Origin: Eledone cirrhosa
Lineage: Eukaryota
Direction of reading: 5' to 3'
DNA: 64,000 nt
NCBI GenBank assembly: GCA_964016885.1
Contig: OZ024746.1
Coordinates: forward strand, 63,922,001-63,986,000
Positions 59,811 to 64,000 of the stretch are shown one piece after another; the first letter of the stretch is position 1; every line of letters begins with the position of its first letter. A program made the translations under genes and the position numbers. Under the pieces are notes generated by a model, which was given only the letters and a program-made list of their open reading frames with translations, had not been told where the DNA came from and searched no databases.

Positions 59811-59871
59811 GGTTATTTTTATGTAGGTTATGGTTTTTGTTTTTGCTTTTATTTTTAATTTTATTTTCATT

Positions 59872-61290
<1,419 letters not shown>

Positions 61291-61616
61291 TATATATATA
61301 TATATATCCCACTATATATATATATATCCCACTATCTGGGAGTTTCCATCAGTAATGGTTGCATTTTTTAAGGGTATGTCAATATTTATTTATAAAACTG
61401 ATCTATATTATATTTTGTCTGATGAAAGTACACCATAATTTAACTTGGTGTCCTTGAAATATGTATAATGAAATAAATATGGTTTTATAAATATAGTTTC
61501 CATTTGTTAATATCGTATGTTTACTCCAAATACTTGTTGAGTGCTTTATATCAGTTATAAAAATATTTGCTTGTTGTATCCCAACAATTTAAATAGAACT
61601 TTTGCATATATATACA

Positions 61617-61649
<33 letters not shown>

Positions 61650-61901
61650 TCATATATATATATATACATATATATACATATATATACATAATTATATATA
61701 TATACCTAATTATATATATATACATAATTATATATATACATATATATATACATATATATATATATACATATACATACATATATAAATATACTTATACATA
61801 TATACATATATATACATATATATATACATATATACATATATATATATACATATACATACATATATACATATATACATATACATATACATATATACATATA
61901 T

Positions 61902-62270
61902 GGAGGCACATGTCTTAGTGGTTAGAGCAATGGGCTTGCAATCGAAAGGTTGTGAGTTCAATTCTCGGACTGGGTGTTGTGTTGTTTCCTTGAGCAAGGC
62001 ACTTTATTTCACATTGCTCCTGTTTACTCAGCTGTAGAAATGAGATGATAGGACTGGGGTCCCTATCATTCCACTGCAAAGTGGTCGTGGAGGTGTCACG
62101 GCAAAAAAAGCACCCAGCCCACACTGTAAGGGGGATGTGTAGCACCCAGCACTCAGTGTAAATGAGGTTGGTGTTAGGAAGGGCATCCAGCTGTAGAAAT
62201 CAAGCCAGAATCAGTTCCCGTCCCACCCTTGCAAGCAGGGAAAAGCAGACGTAAAATGATGATGATGATC
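61902..62270 (+). mobile_element. Full-length SINE family 2 (tRNA head, CORE-like domain, RTE-shared tail)
   Basis: TGTCTTAGTGGTTAGAGC A-box, GAGTTCAATTC B-box, core and (ATG)n tail. Confidence 0.9.
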
Positions 62271-62514
62271 ATCATCATATATATATATATATAGGGTCAA
62301 GGGGATCTTTTAATGTTGTCAAAGATGTAAGAACAACTCTCGAGCTAATGTCATGATAAAATGCACCCATTACACTCTACACAGTAATTAGTATTAGGAT
62401 GAGCCTCCAGCCATAAAAACCATGCCAAAAACAAAATATATGAGCAGGATGTGATTCTCAAATATGTCTAGAAGGACACTAGCTTTGAATAAGCATGGCA
62501 AGTGGACATAAAAT

Positions 62515-63086
62515 TATAATGGTGATACTGATGTTGGTGATGATGATGATGTTGATGATGTTAATGAATCCGATGATAATGATGATGGTGATGATGGTGA
62601 TGTTGATGATTATGAATGTGATGATGATCATGATGATGATGAAATTGCTGACGACGACAATGATGATGATGTTGATGTTAACAAATCGAATGATGGTGAT
62701 GATGGTGATGACGGTGATGATGATGACAATGATGATTGTGATGATGATGATATTGCTGATATTGCTGCTGATGATGATGATGATGATATTGCTGACAATC
62801 ATGATGATGTTGATGACAAAATGATAATCCTGATGATGATGATGATGATGATGATGTTGATGTTAACAAATCCAATGATGGTGATGACGGTGATGATGAT
62901 GACAATGATGATCGTGATGATGATGATGATGATGATGATGATATTGCTGATGATGATGATGATGATGATGATGATATTGCTGACAATGATGATGATGTTG
63001 ATGACAAAATGATAATCATGATGACGATGATGATGACAACGGCACTAATAAAGATGAATGATGATGACAATGACAAAAATGATGAT
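62515..63086 (+). repeat. Compound (GAT)n repeat with an internal ~185-bp duplication
   Basis: GTTGATGTTAACAAATC and GTTGATGACAAAATGATAATC each occur twice. Confidence 0.9.
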
Positions 63087-63170
63087 TATTAATGCATAAA
63101 GTACCAGTAATGCACTGGGTAATTGCTGGCCTTGTGCCTAAAGTAGAAACAATTATTAATGCATAAAGTA
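63085..63170 (+). mobile_element. SINE family 1 3' stub with a 19-bp flanking direct repeat
   Basis: ATTATTAATGCATAAAGTA at 63085-63103 and 63152-63170. Confidence 0.85.
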
Positions 63171-64000
63171 TTTGCAGACCTTGATATCATAACAAAGAGA
63201 AAAACTAAAATTGGTTGTCAAAGATTTAACAAGGTTTAATATTCATGAATGTGAGTTGAAAGATATAATATATTACAGGAAGACTCAAGAAACCGTCTTC
63301 TAGAATCTAGAAGATCTTAAGTAGTTTTAGTCTACATGTGCTGAATCCATATCCATAGGTTTTAATGTTAAGTAAATCACATTAAAATATCTAGAATTAA
63401 TAATGTGTACCTTTCTGATGATATTAAAAAGAGCACATGGCATATTTTAGTGTTGGAGACTAAATATAATACCTCTTTCAGAGAAAGTTGATTTAAAAGA
63501 ATATAAATTATTAATATTTTTGTTTTGTTAGTGTGGAGGTAACAGCTGTTTTTTTCATTATGAGCATGTGTGTGTGTTTTTCTTTTTCTTTATTTTTGTC
63601 AATGTCAGAGAGTTAATACAATATTTATGAAATGTCAACAGATTCTTTTCATTTTTGTATCGAAGTCTAGTGTGATTAAATGAGTATTAAGTCTCTTTAG
63701 AAAATGTAGGAATCCCAGTTGATTGCTATAAATAATAGAATAGAAAATTGGGTACAATATCTCTGTGGACAGAAAACATGGCCAATGGCTGATAGAAAGA
63801 ATTAAACTTCTTATCCCTCAAATTCTGGCCGAGTTCTCTAACTACTGAGCTAAGCAACCTCTGACAAAAGATTTCATCTGAATTAGAAAGCTATACAAAG
63901 AGCTTGGATGTAAACAAACTTCTATATAAAGTGTTAAAGTGCTAGGCAATATGAAATGCTTTTTAGAAAATGTAGGAGTCCCAAATGCAGAAAAAACTGT

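Noticed and set aside
62479-63076. Met-, Ile- and Ser/His-rich ORFs
   Set aside because: They are translations of the (GAT)n repeat.

Overview
Eukaryotic (not prokaryotic), AT-rich, repeat-dominated genomic DNA. The SINE families and very long (TA)n tracts suggest a cephalopod, probably Octopus (inference). Host coding content is three small + strand exons (36715-36871, 38881-39017, 41242-41314) that splice in frame to a PAIP1-like C-terminus. The rest is a retroelement nest. It holds several RTE-clade LINE copies (one 5'-inverted, one near full length with C2H2 fingers), a near-complete CR1-clade LINE, and CR1, Tx1/L1, R4/Dong-like and Rex3-like relics. It also has two tRNA-derived SINE groups, TTAA-flanked MITEs, a 5S rRNA copy with a 7-nt duplication, a 200-N gap and a probable artefactual 1-kb duplication. 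The highlight is 14.9-23.8 kb. There a Neptune-type Penelope-like element (RT + GIY-YIG) sits among non-coding, (TA)n-embedded elements that carry hammerhead ribozyme motifs. These include a 7-copy tandem array of a highly structured ~310-bp unit, each with a minimal type I hammerhead (retrozyme-like, candidate circular-RNA source), and a second unrelated ~531-bp hammerhead element. Nearly all ORFs rich in YI/YM/CI/MM are microsatellite artefacts. Coordinates were read by eye and repeat boundaries are approximate.
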